From Methanobacteriota archaeon (GTDB lineage: Archaea > Thermoplasmatota > SW-10-69-26 > JACQPN01): DNA of 64,000 nt. The notes below the pieces were generated by a model. That model ran no database searches. It was not told the origin of the DNA and worked only from the letters and a program-made list of their open reading frames with translations. The first letter of the stretch is position 1. Each line of letters starts with the position of its first letter. Shown piece by piece: positions 36,220 to 45,484 of this stretch. The stretch spans positions 31,759-95,758 of the forward strand of contig JACQPN010000012.1 in assembly GCA_016207515.1 (NCBI GenBank), given 5' to 3'. Made by a program: the position numbers and the translations under genes.

Positions 36220-36468
36220 TCACGGCTTTGACAAAGGCCGCCCGCGTCCGTAGCAATGTAGGCACGGCACGAGGTGGGCGGCCTTCAAGACCTTCGTGGC
36301 GGAAAGCTCGTCCTTGTAGTACACGCGTTTGTCTGGGGGCACATCGGGGAGGCGGCATGCGGGAGTGAGGCGGCCGATGTTATGGATCTCGCCTTTTACC
36401 AGGTCGCGGACGAACAGGCCCTTGGCCAGTTCCGAATCGCGGGTCGGCTCGAAGTCATCGTCGGCCAT
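36220..36468 (-). CDS. Small putative Zn-binding protein (H..C..CxxC)
   Basis: EIH...AC...LVPCLHC; ATG at 36468. Confidence 0.55.
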   Translation of the reverse strand: MADDDFEPTRDSELAKGLFVRDLVKGEIHNIGRLTPACRLPDVPPDKRVYYKDELSATKVLKAAHLVPCLHCYGRGRPLSKP

Positions 36469-36732
36469 TTTCAACCCTGTACGGGTCCAGGAATGAAGGC
36501 CCATCGTTATCAAGGGAGGGGGGAAGGTTGAAGTCGTGGTCAGGCCCTTTCGCCCTTGTCCTCGACTCCTGCCGGGGAAGATGGGCGCCCGACCTCACTC
36601 CCCTGAAGCCAGAATGACGGGGAATTCTGGGCCGCCCGAAAACCGTTTTTCCAGCACTGGCGAACGCATTACGCTCCTGCCTCGCCCGTCTTGCACTAAC
36701 TAATATAAACGGGAGGGTGGTAATCATCAGCC

Positions 36733-37566
36733 GTGGAAGATAGTTGGCTGGACCTCGTGGAGAAGCGCCTCGAGCGCGTCCTCGACAGGACGAACCGGGA
36801 GCGTGAGCTTCGAAAGGAGGTCGAATCGAAGGACAGGAAGACCGTCGACGAGGTCTTCGACCGGCCCACATTGTTGGCGCTCTACAAGCTCATCAGCAAC
36901 GGCGTCGTCCACACCGTCGATTACCCGGTCTCGACCGGCAAGGAAGCTAACGTCTTCCACGCAACGGACGGAAAAGGCAAATCGATCGCCCTCAAGATAT
37001 TCCGTGTCCACACGGCGACGACCCACGCCTACCTCACGTATCTCCAGGGCGATCCACGTTTCGACGGCGCCAACCGCGGCCGGCGGGACACCATTAACAC
37101 CTGGGTGAAGAAGGAGTACAAGAACCTTCTAAGGATGGCCGACGCCGGGGTCCCGGTCCCGAAGGCGATCCACGCCATCGACAACGTACTCGTGATGGAA
37201 TTCATCGGTTCCCACGGGACGCCCGCACCGATGATGCGAGAGGTGCGCCTACGCGACCCACAGAGGTCGTACAACCAGATAATCGCGAGTGTGCGCAAGA
37301 TCGTGCGCACGGCCAATCTCGTGCACGGCGACCTCTCCGAATACAACATCCTCGTCAAGCAAAGCGCCGGCGCCGACAAGCTCTACGTGATAGACGTGGG
37401 GCAAGCGGTCCTCATCAGGCACCCGATGTCGAACGAACTTCTTGCCCGCGACCTCAAGAACCTCTCCCGGTACTTCAAGAAACTCGGTGTCGACGCCGAC
37501 CCCGCGGTCGCGTTGAAGAAAGTGATGCCAAAACAAGGTTTTGCCCGGGAAGTGGTCGTAGCATGA
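36733..37566 (+). CDS. rio1: Serine/threonine kinase Rio1
   Basis: STGKEANVF, KEYKNL, LVMEFIG, LVHGDLSEYNIL, IDVGQAV. Confidence 0.95.
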   Translation: MEDSWLDLVEKRLERVLDRTNRERELRKEVESKDRKTVDEVFDRPTLLALYKLISNGVVHTVDYPVSTGKEANVFHATDGKGKSIALKIFRVHTATTHAYLTYLQGDPRFDGANRGRRDTINTWVKKEYKNLLRMADAGVPVPKAIHAIDNVLVMEFIGSHGTPAPMMREVRLRDPQRSYNQIIASVRKIVRTANLVHGDLSEYNILVKQSAGADKLYVIDVGQAVLIRHPMSNELLARDLKNLSRYFKKLGVDADPAVALKKVMPKQGFAREVVVA

Positions 37567-37627
37567 TGGCACCGACGGTGAAGTTTCCGTGCTACTTGTC
37601 GGATCGTGACATGGGACGTGCACCCAC

Positions 37628-38179
37628 GTGACCGAGGATGTCGTCCGGATCCCGGTAAGGCGCATCGGTGTCCTCATCGGGAAGAACGGGGAGGTGAAGG
37701 CCGAGCTCGAAGCGCGCGCGGGCGTCGTCCTGGGGATAGATTCCGAGAGCGGCGACGTGACGGTGGAGGATTCGAAGGCGTACGACCCCGTGGTCGCGCT
37801 GAAAGTGAGGGACATCGTGAAGGCCATCGGGCGCGGCTTCTCGCCAGAGCACGCGTTCCGGCTCTTCCAGGACGAGACCTATTTCGACGTGATGGACGTG
37901 ACGGATTACGTCGGAAAAAGCGACAAGCACATCAAGAGAGTGAGATCGAGGCTCATCGGCACGGGCGGGAAGACGCGCCACATCATCGAGGAGCTCTCCG
38001 GCGCCAACGTATCGATAATGGGCAACTCCGTGGCGTTACTCGGCGACATCATGGAAGTGCGGGTCGCTCGCGAGGCCGTCGAGATGCTCATGGAAGGCGC
38101 GCCGCATTCGACCGTCTACAAGTTCCTGGAGCGAAAGAGGAAAGAACTCCGGCTTTACGACCTTGGTATCCGTTACTAG
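37628..38179 (+). CDS. KH-domain ribosome biogenesis protein (Dim2/Pno1/Krr1-like)
   Basis: RIGVLIGKNG, KAIGRGFSPE, RLIGTGGKTR, GAPHSTVYKFLE; adjacent to rio1. Confidence 0.93.
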   Translation: MTEDVVRIPVRRIGVLIGKNGEVKAELEARAGVVLGIDSESGDVTVEDSKAYDPVVALKVRDIVKAIGRGFSPEHAFRLFQDETYFDVMDVTDYVGKSDKHIKRVRSRLIGTGGKTRHIIEELSGANVSIMGNSVALLGDIMEVRVAREAVEMLMEGAPHSTVYKFLERKRKELRLYDLGIRY

Positions 38180-38252
38180 GGAAGCTTGGAGTGGCAAGCG
38201 GGGCCACTCGTGACCTTGGCATTGGGACGCGGCTCGGGCCGCGACCTCATCA

Positions 38253-38675
38253 TCAGCGTTGATCTTGCGGTAGATCGACCGTTGCGCCGTTCTTCACGCC
38301 AGGTGCTCTCAACATCGTCCCGGCGAAAAGCACGGCGAGGCCCGACGCGAACGCGACGAATACGCCGCTTCCCCGTTCGCATTTGAAGAAACCGCACGAT
38401 TGGGCCGCGTCGGGTTCGAAGGCGAGTGAGAAGGCCAGGAGCGCGGTCGCTGCACCCAGGAGCATGAACGTCCGTCCACGGGCCCCACGTCCTGGGACGG
38501 ACCAGAGCGCGACGTACCCCGCAATTGCGATCGGCGCAAGGAACACGGCGCTCGTGTCGTAGCCGTACACCGGGACCGCGGTGGATACGGCGCCCGTCTT
38601 GGTCATCCAAGGAAGAACGACCGAAAAAAGCATCGTGGGAAAGGCGACGGCAGCAAGCCAGTCGCCCGGCGGCAT
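38253..38675 (-). CDS. Hypothetical membrane protein (about 4 TM segments)
   Basis: Hydrophobic segments with LPW and GSGVF motifs; start uncertain. Confidence 0.55.
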   Translation of the reverse strand: MPPGDWLAAVAFPTMLFSVVLPWMTKTGAVSTAVPVYGYDTSAVFLAPIAIAGYVALWSVPGRGARGRTFMLLGAATALLAFSLAFEPDAAQSCGFFKCERGSGVFVAFASGLAVLFAGTMLRAPGVKNGATVDLPQDQR

Positions 38676-39174
38676 CCCATCCCTCGCTTCGAGCGAAGCC
38701 ACCACTTGGAGACCCGATTGCACGTGCCGCACTTAACGGTTTGGGTGACACCCATGCTGGAGTCGAAGCCGGTCCGCTACGCGGGCGCGACCAGTCAACG
38801 TGCCCTTCTCGTGCGCTCATCGCGAGATGATGGCCCCGGTCGCCGACCCTGTCACTGCGTCGCCGAAGATCTTGGCGACGATGCGCGTCCTTTTCGGTTT
38901 GTGATCGCATAGCGTGTGATATGTTTCTCATTGATCGACCGCGACGTTGGAACTCGGCCTGGGAAGCGACAGGCGTCTTGATCCGTGAAAGTAACATCGG
39001 GTCATCGATGGTTTGCAGGCCGCAGTCCGTTTGGCGATCGACTTCGAGGATCGAACCGGGATTCGAAGATCGGCTGGCGACGGACGTGGGGCACAAGGAA
39101 GGTTGGATTTTCTAAAACGAATAAAATAGCAACCTTCTTATTGGCGGACCCCGCATTTCTCGCTGGGATGCACA

Positions 39175-39708
39175 GTGGTGAGCATAGAAGAGTGTGAACT
39201 ACCCGGGGTCGGACACAAGTTCACGCTCGAAGAGACGCCCGGCGGTCAAAAGTTCGTCGTCATCTTGAGAAACGACGGCCGTCGAGAGCTGTACGAATTC
39301 CACGGGCCGGATGCGACACCCGTCTCGGTGACGATGAGCGAGGAGGAGGCCAAGCGGGTGGCCGTCGTGCTCCTTGGTGCATACTCGGTGCCCCACAGTG
39401 AACCCCGCCCGACGGTCGGCCTCGGGGAGAGCACCTTGTCTTGGTACGAGGTCCCGAAACTCGGGACGCATCCCCACACGGGCCACGACCGGCGGGGAGT
39501 TCCCGAAGCCAACGCTGGATCCGCGCCCCAACTTCTCAAGCAGCTATCGGACTGCGGGCTCCAACTGGTAGGCCTTGTCCGCGCCGGCGTCACTCTATCG
39601 CCGCCCGCGAAGGAAGCAGACATCCGCACCGGGGATCTCATGGTCGTCCTCGGGCCGCCGCGCGCACTCGACTCGTTCGCTAGAGGCTTGACGGGGAGCG
39701 CAAGATGA
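39175..39708 (+). CDS. KhtT-like K+/H+ antiporter regulatory subunit (divergent RCK_C)
   Basis: ELPGVGHKF...DGRRELY N-terminus, TGDLMVVLG C-terminus; overlaps the CPA2 gene. Confidence 0.85.
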   Translation: MVSIEECELPGVGHKFTLEETPGGQKFVVILRNDGRRELYEFHGPDATPVSVTMSEEEAKRVAVVLLGAYSVPHSEPRPTVGLGESTLSWYEVPKLGTHPHTGHDRRGVPEANAGSAPQLLKQLSDCGLQLVGLVRAGVTLSPPAKEADIRTGDLMVVLGPPRALDSFARGLTGSAR

Positions 39709-40931
39709 TAGGCCTGGTCGAATTGGCGGTGGCGCTTGGCGGCATAGCCGTGGTGGCACTCCTAGCCGCGCGCTTCGGCCAATCGGCCATCCCTGCCTTC
39801 ATACTCTGGGGGATCGCGTTCGGACCCTTCGGGTTCCGGATCGTCGACGCCGCCCACAACAGCGAGGGCCTCGCGCTCGTCTCGGAACTGGGGATAATCC
39901 TCCTCCTCTTCTACCTGGGGCTCGACTTCTCGATCAGCAGGTTCCTCAAAAGCGGGAAGAAGACATTCGAGAACGGGGCCGTCGACACTGTCCTGAACTT
40001 CACGCCGGGTTTCCTCATCGGTTGGATCTTCGGCCTTGGCCCCGTCGGGGCGATGTTCCTCGGCGCCATCGTCTATTGCACGAGCACCGGCATCGTCGCC
40101 AAGGTCATAACCGATCTTCGAAGGACCGCCAACCCCGAGACCGAGATAATACTCGGGCTCTCCATCTTCCAGGACCTCGTGATCGCCTTTCTCATCGTCG
40201 TCCTTTCCGGACTCGCGTTCGGAGGCCTCGATCCGGGTTCCGCGGGCGTCGCGATCGCCAAGTCGTTCGGATTCTGCATCGCGGTCATCCTCGCATCGCG
40301 CAGCCTCGCCGCCCCCATCCAGGCGTTTCTCAAACCGCGTTCCGAGGAGATCTTCGTCCTTCTCGTGATCGCCGCCACCGTGACTGGCGCCGCCCTCGCC
40401 CATCTCGCGGGGCTTTCGGCCGCGATCGGGGCATTCCTTACCGGATTGGTCTTTGCGGAGACGAACGTCGTCGGACGCATCAAGGCCAAGGTCGCCCCCA
40501 TCAAGGACCTGTTCGTCGCCCTTCTCTTCTTCGTGTTCGGGCTCACGATCAACTTCTCATCCGTCGATTCGGTGATGCCGCTTCTTCTTTTCGTCATCCC
40601 GGCCGTGCTCATCACGAAATTCGCAACAGGCATCATCATCGGGCGCTGGAGGGGCCAGACGGAACGCGGTCAAGCCAACATCGGAACCTCGCTAATAGCC
40701 GTCGGCGAGCTCTCCATCGTGCTCGCGCAGGTCGCGGTCTCTGCCGGCTTTCCCCAGGAGATCGCCGTCTTCACCGCCATCTACGTGCTCGTCACGGCGC
40801 TCGTCGGCCCCATCATGATGACCCTCTCGCACCCAATCTCGGACCAACTCAAGTACACGACCGGGATAGGCCTTGCCGCCTCCGACATGATATTCAAGGC
40901 GCGGATGGCCTTCAACCGGCGCCCGGGTTGA
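39705..40931 (+). CDS. CPA2 cation:proton antiporter (KhtU-like)
   Basis: Multiple TM segments; ELGIILLLFYLGL, TSTGIV, IFQDL, IGAFLTG, GELSIV. Confidence 0.92.
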   Translation: MIGLVELAVALGGIAVVALLAARFGQSAIPAFILWGIAFGPFGFRIVDAAHNSEGLALVSELGIILLLFYLGLDFSISRFLKSGKKTFENGAVDTVLNFTPGFLIGWIFGLGPVGAMFLGAIVYCTSTGIVAKVITDLRRTANPETEIILGLSIFQDLVIAFLIVVLSGLAFGGLDPGSAGVAIAKSFGFCIAVILASRSLAAPIQAFLKPRSEEIFVLLVIAATVTGAALAHLAGLSAAIGAFLTGLVFAETNVVGRIKAKVAPIKDLFVALLFFVFGLTINFSSVDSVMPLLLFVIPAVLITKFATGIIIGRWRGQTERGQANIGTSLIAVGELSIVLAQVAVSAGFPQEIAVFTAIYVLVTALVGPIMMTLSHPISDQLKYTTGIGLAASDMIFKARMAFNRRPG

Positions 40932-41159
40932 CGCTTTTCTTGGCTTTCGCCGTCGCGCTTCATGGATATCCGTTGTTCAACAACCCTTAGTATCGCGCAA
41001 GGCGGCGGCCTTCAGGGAAGGCGGGTCGCATAGGCGGCCTGCCGAAACCAAAGGTGTTGCCAGAATGCCGGACAAGTATGACGATAGCCCCAGCGCAAGC
41101 GTCGTGTCGAACGATTCGTTGCTTGAATGCTCTCTCAACGCGTGCGCGGAGGCTTGAAC

Positions 41160-42005
41160 ATGAAGCTTCTCAAAGCCTCCGTCGCGATTATGGCAATCCT
41201 GCTTTCCGCGCCCGCGTGGGCCGATAACGTCGACACGCAGGCGAGCGTTTCGAACCAAGCGCCGACGGTGGTCGAGGTCGCCTTGGTCGAAGATGACGAC
41301 AGTGGCCTTCCTGGCGCACAGATCGCGCCCACGCCCGGTTCCTCGAGGACCCTTTCCATCAGAGCAAGGGCCCAAGACGGAAACGGTTGGAAGGACCTCG
41401 ATTCGCTGTCCCTCGAGATCACGCGCCCGGACGGCACCGTCCTTGTAAATCTCGCGGCCACGCCGACGAGCGAGCACTCGGGTAGGACCCAGGTGTATTC
41501 CGCCTCGTTCAACATGGACTATTACGAGGCGCCCGGGATCTACACAATCACTTCGGACGTCTCCGACGGGCCAGGTTCCCATGGAGCCCATTCGGACTCG
41601 TTCACCTACCAGTCGCTCCTCGCGTTCGCCCTCGGTTCGAGTTCCATCAGCTTCTCGGCCGGGGCGCTCGATCCGGGAGCGACCAGTTCAGTCGCCTCCG
41701 TGAACGTCATGAACAAGGGGAACGTCAAGTTCGACACGCAGCTCTCTGGAACGGACCTAGGCGCGGTCGGCTTCGATGCGATGATCCCCGCCGACAAAGT
41801 CAAGTACAGCGCCGACTCCGCGATGGCCGGCGAGGTGGGCCTTTCTGGCGCACCCCGGACGGACGCGTCCTTCGACCTTGCCCCGGGCGCTGCGGCCGCA
41901 AGGAACGCCTACTTCGACGTCCACGTGCCGTCTGGTGACGACCAGTTCGTGCCTGCCGCGAACTACGTGGGCAGCATCACGATCGGTGCGGTCGCGAGCG
42001 CGTAA
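41160..42005 (+). CDS. Secreted protein with two beta-sandwich domains
   Basis: Signal peptide ending AWA; GGAGG RBS; NKGNV and terminal YVGSITIGA strand. Confidence 0.8.
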   Translation: MKLLKASVAIMAILLSAPAWADNVDTQASVSNQAPTVVEVALVEDDDSGLPGAQIAPTPGSSRTLSIRARAQDGNGWKDLDSLSLEITRPDGTVLVNLAATPTSEHSGRTQVYSASFNMDYYEAPGIYTITSDVSDGPGSHGAHSDSFTYQSLLAFALGSSSISFSAGALDPGATSSVASVNVMNKGNVKFDTQLSGTDLGAVGFDAMIPADKVKYSADSAMAGEVGLSGAPRTDASFDLAPGAAAARNAYFDVHVPSGDDQFVPAANYVGSITIGAVASA

Positions 42006-42109
42006 CCTATCAGCCCCGACCCGACACGCGCCCCGGTCGTCGCCAGGCGGCGGCCGGGGCACCATTCCCCACCTCTTTTCGTTCCGCCTCGTCCCCCGGT
42101 CTCAAGCCG

Positions 42110-42217
42110 ACTTTCGGAACGCATAGGCTCTAGTCCGTGCTACCATGTAGCAAGGCTTAATACCCCAACTTTCGGAACAAATGCTGGAGAGCGGCAGATT
42201 ACAGTGACAATCTGCCG
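42110..42217 (+). promoter_or_regulatory. Repeat-rich promoter region
   Basis: ACTTTCGGAAC twice (42110, 42168); palindrome TGCTAC-N3-GTAGCA (42138-42152); CGGCAGATT-N8-AATCTGCCG (42192-42217). Confidence 0.5.
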
Positions 42218-42385
42218 GGTTTGAGCAGGTGTTGCCGGATGAATGGAGAGGAGAACCACTACAATCACAAGGCCAGCGGAGCGGAGACCGATGAGCAAGC
42301 GGAACCGCGCCCGCCCTCGGATAACGAGTGTTCGATAAGCGTATTAGCCGCGAGGGCAGCAGAATACACGGGTGGAGCCAAAGCG

Positions 42386-42784
42386 ATGCCAGCCAAGAAA
42401 GCCCGAACGGGAAAGAGCGCGAAGACCAAGCGGTTGAACGCGCTCGTCGGCGCCCTCGAACGCGAATTCAGGATGCAGGCCGACGACGCGAAGGCGATAG
42501 CCGAGATCGTCTCCGAACGCTTCGCCGAGGACGAGGAGGTCAACGACGACAACCTCGACGCGGAGATCCGATCCATCTTCTACACGCTCGAATCCAAGAA
42601 GCTCCTGTCCTTCCGCCGTGAGGAGTACCAGTGGGAGAACGGCGAGCACCGCCGCGCCTTCTATTGGAAGCTCCGGGACGAGGCACTCTTCGAGCACGAG
42701 GCGCCCGCGATGCCGCAGATGAACGATTCGGTCTACGACAGCCTCCCGGTCGACGCGTGGAAGCGCCCCGTGAGAGCCAGCTAA
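42386..42784 (+). CDS. DUF6015-like (winged-helix-like) protein
   Basis: DDNLDAEIRSIFYTLESKKLL..RREE...G..RRAFYW and SVYDSLP..AW fit the Thermoplasmata DUF6015 pattern. Start at MPAKK after GGAG. Confidence 0.75.
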   Translation: MPAKKARTGKSAKTKRLNALVGALEREFRMQADDAKAIAEIVSERFAEDEEVNDDNLDAEIRSIFYTLESKKLLSFRREEYQWENGEHRRAFYWKLRDEALFEHEAPAMPQMNDSVYDSLPVDAWKRPVRAS

Positions 42785-42815
42785 GACCCATACGTCTCAA
42801 GACCAACCTCCCATC

Positions 42816-42850
42816 GGGGGACGCGAAGTCCCCCTCCCTCTTTTCTCCGT
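42816..42850 (+). terminator. Hairpin plus pyrimidine tract
   Basis: GGGGGAC-GCGAA-GTCCCCC (42816-42834), then TCCCTCTTTTCT. Confidence 0.55.
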
Positions 42851-43030
42851 TCGTTTCTCTCTACCCCGCCCGATCCACGGACGCGAGGTCGCGTCAGGCC
42901 TCCACGAGGAATAGAGACTAACGAGACGCCTCCTTCTTGGGCCGCCCGCTTCTGGCCACGCCCCCGTTTCCATCGCGCCGGCCCTCATCCACAATTCAAT
43001 TTATAATGGCAACCCTCGTTCCAAGCCTCC

Positions 43031-44014
43031 ATGCAGGCCGTTATCCTCGCTGGCGGGCTTGGGACGAGGATGCGCCCGCTGACGCTCACACGGCCGAAGG
43101 CGCTTCTTCCGGTCCTCAACAAGCCGGTGGTCGCGCACATCATCGACAAACTGCCGCGCGAGATCGACGAGGTCATCCTGGCGACCAACTACAAGACCGA
43201 GATGATCGAGGAGTTCTTCCTCGATGAGCCGTCCCGCATCCCCGTGCGGATAGTCACCGAACCCGAGCCGCTCGGGACGGGGGGAGCCGTCAAGAACTGC
43301 CGTGACCACCTCAAAGGCCCCACACTCGTCCTTAACTGCGACATCCTCGACTCGCTCGATCTCACCAAGTTCATTCGTTACCACCGTGAGAAGCGGGGAG
43401 CCGCGACGATCTCGCTCTGGGCCGTGGAGGATCCAAGCCACTACGGGGCCGTGTCCTACTCGAACGGGAGGATCGACAGGTTCGTGGAGAAACCGGCCCC
43501 GGGCGAAGCGCCGAGCAACCTCGTGAACGCCGGCACGTACCTCCTCGAACCCAGTGTGCTCGACTACATACCGGAAGGGAAGATGGTGTCGCTCGAACGC
43601 GAGGTGTACCCGAGGATCATCGCCGACGGGAAGGGGCTCTTCGGCTTTCCGTTCACCGGGCACTGGCTCGACGCCGGGCGCCTCGACTCTTACCTCGCCA
43701 CCCACGCTAGCCTCCTAGGCGAACGCGGCATCGTGGTCGGCCATTCCGTGAAGATGGACCAGGCCCGCGCCAAACCGTGGGCCGCCATCGGGGCCAAGAC
43801 GAGGCTTGGCCGCGGCTCCGAGGTCGAGAAGTCCGTGATATTCCCCCGCTGCCAGGTCGGCGAAGGCGTTTCCATAACGGGCTCGATCCTTGGGGAATCA
43901 TGCTCCATAGGTGACGGTGCCGTCGTACAGGACTCCGTTCTCGGCGACGGCGTCGTCGTCAAGGCGAAAACGGTCTTGAAGAAGGCCACGTTGCAGCCAG
44001 GGGAGTCGAGGTGA
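43031..44014 (+). CDS. NDP-sugar pyrophosphorylase (mannose-1-phosphate guanylyltransferase-like)
   Basis: AVILAGGLGTRMRPLT..RPKALLP, EPEPLGTGGA, FVEKP, C-terminal hexapeptide repeats; TTATAA at 43001. Confidence 0.93.
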   Translation: MQAVILAGGLGTRMRPLTLTRPKALLPVLNKPVVAHIIDKLPREIDEVILATNYKTEMIEEFFLDEPSRIPVRIVTEPEPLGTGGAVKNCRDHLKGPTLVLNCDILDSLDLTKFIRYHREKRGAATISLWAVEDPSHYGAVSYSNGRIDRFVEKPAPGEAPSNLVNAGTYLLEPSVLDYIPEGKMVSLEREVYPRIIADGKGLFGFPFTGHWLDAGRLDSYLATHASLLGERGIVVGHSVKMDQARAKPWAAIGAKTRLGRGSEVEKSVIFPRCQVGEGVSITGSILGESCSIGDGAVVQDSVLGDGVVVKAKTVLKKATLQPGESR

Positions 44015-45426
44015 TGGGCCGGCTCTTCGGGACCAATGGGGTGCGAGGCCTCGCGAATGTCGAGATCACGCCCGAATTGGCGCTTGCCGTCGGCCGGTCC
44101 TTCGGCACGTATGTGATGGCCCAATGGCCTCCGAGGCCCGCGAAAGGCGGCGAAAATGGGCCCGTGACGGCGGCGCCGCGCGTTCTCGTGGGCTGCGACA
44201 CGAGGACCACGAACGAGATGCTCAAGGCGGCGGCCATATCCGGCTTACTCTCTACTGGCTGCGCGGTCGAGGATTGCGGCGTCGTGCCCACCCCAGCGCT
44301 CCAGTATGCGGTGAAGTCCTTTGGCTTCGCCGGGGGGCTCATCATCACCGCGAGCCACAACCCGCCCGAGTTCAACGGCATCAAGATCATGGATTCGGAC
44401 GGCTCGGAGATGCCGCGCGACAAGGAGGCGCTCGTCGAGGACGCGTATTTCTCGAAGAAATTCAACGAGGCGCATTGGAAGAGCATTCGCACGGACATGG
44501 CATTACCGGGCGTGAACGCGCACTACGTGAACGGCGTCATCGGCCAAGTGGATGCGAAGGCGATACGCGAGCGCGCATTCACCGTCGTCTTGGACACGAG
44601 TAACGGAGCCGGTTCCTTGACCGCCCCCTTGGTACTCACGGGACTTGGTTGCCGGGTCGTGACATTGAACGCGCAACCTGACGGCACTTTCCCCGGCCAC
44701 CCGAGCGAGCCCACGCCCGAGAACGTGGCCGACCTCATCTCCACCGTCAAGGCCGTTGGGGCCGACCTCGGCGTCGTCCAGGACGGGGACGCGGATCGCG
44801 CCATATTCGTCGACGAGAAGGGCGCTTACGTCATGGGAGACCGGACGCTCGCGCTCATGGCCGGTTACGTCGTGAAGGCGAAGAAGGGTGGCGTCGTCGT
44901 GACGCCTGTCTCCTCCTCATCCGGCGTCGAGGACGTGGTGAAGGCCAACAAGGGCCGCATCGAGTACACGGCCGTCGGAAGCCCCGTCGTCGCCAAACGC
45001 ATGAAAGAGGTGAAAGCGGTCTTCGGCGGAGAGGAGAATGGCGGCCTCATCTTCCCGGAGCACCAGCACTGCCGCGACGGCTCGATGAGCATGGCGAAGA
45101 TGCTGGAACTACTCGCGAAGGAAAAGAAGCCGCTTTCGCAACTCATCGCGGCCACACCCCGATATTCGCTTTACAAGACCAAGCTCCAATGCCCCGACGC
45201 CAAGAAAGAGAAGGCGATCAAGGCCTACCTCGCGGCGAACAAGGGAACGAAGGTGGACGCGACCGACGGCGCGAAGGTCTACTTCGACGAAGGATGGGTC
45301 CTGGTGAGGCCGAGCGGGACCGAGCCGCTCTTCAGGGTGTTCGCGGAGGCGAAGACGGATGAGGCGGCGAAGAGGTTGGGGGAGACGGAGAGGGAGAGGA
45401 TCGAAGCCATCATTGGAGAAGCCTAG
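44011..45426 (+). CDS. glmM: Phosphoglucosamine mutase / phosphomannomutase family
   Basis: LFGTNGVRG, TASHNP, DGDADR, GGEENG, RPSGTEP. Confidence 0.9.
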   Translation: MMGRLFGTNGVRGLANVEITPELALAVGRSFGTYVMAQWPPRPAKGGENGPVTAAPRVLVGCDTRTTNEMLKAAAISGLLSTGCAVEDCGVVPTPALQYAVKSFGFAGGLIITASHNPPEFNGIKIMDSDGSEMPRDKEALVEDAYFSKKFNEAHWKSIRTDMALPGVNAHYVNGVIGQVDAKAIRERAFTVVLDTSNGAGSLTAPLVLTGLGCRVVTLNAQPDGTFPGHPSEPTPENVADLISTVKAVGADLGVVQDGDADRAIFVDEKGAYVMGDRTLALMAGYVVKAKKGGVVVTPVSSSSGVEDVVKANKGRIEYTAVGSPVVAKRMKEVKAVFGGEENGGLIFPEHQHCRDGSMSMAKMLELLAKEKKPLSQLIAATPRYSLYKTKLQCPDAKKEKAIKAYLAANKGTKVDATDGAKVYFDEGWVLVRPSGTEPLFRVFAEAKTDEAAKRLGETERERIEAIIGEA

Positions 45427-45484
45427 AGGCGGCTGGAGAACCTCTCCAGGTCACTTGCGTGTCCATGCCATGGACGTCGCCCGA

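Noticed and set aside
38733..39174. Gene or RNA in this 440-bp gap
   Set aside because: Only short motif-less ORFs and weak stems; nothing supportable.
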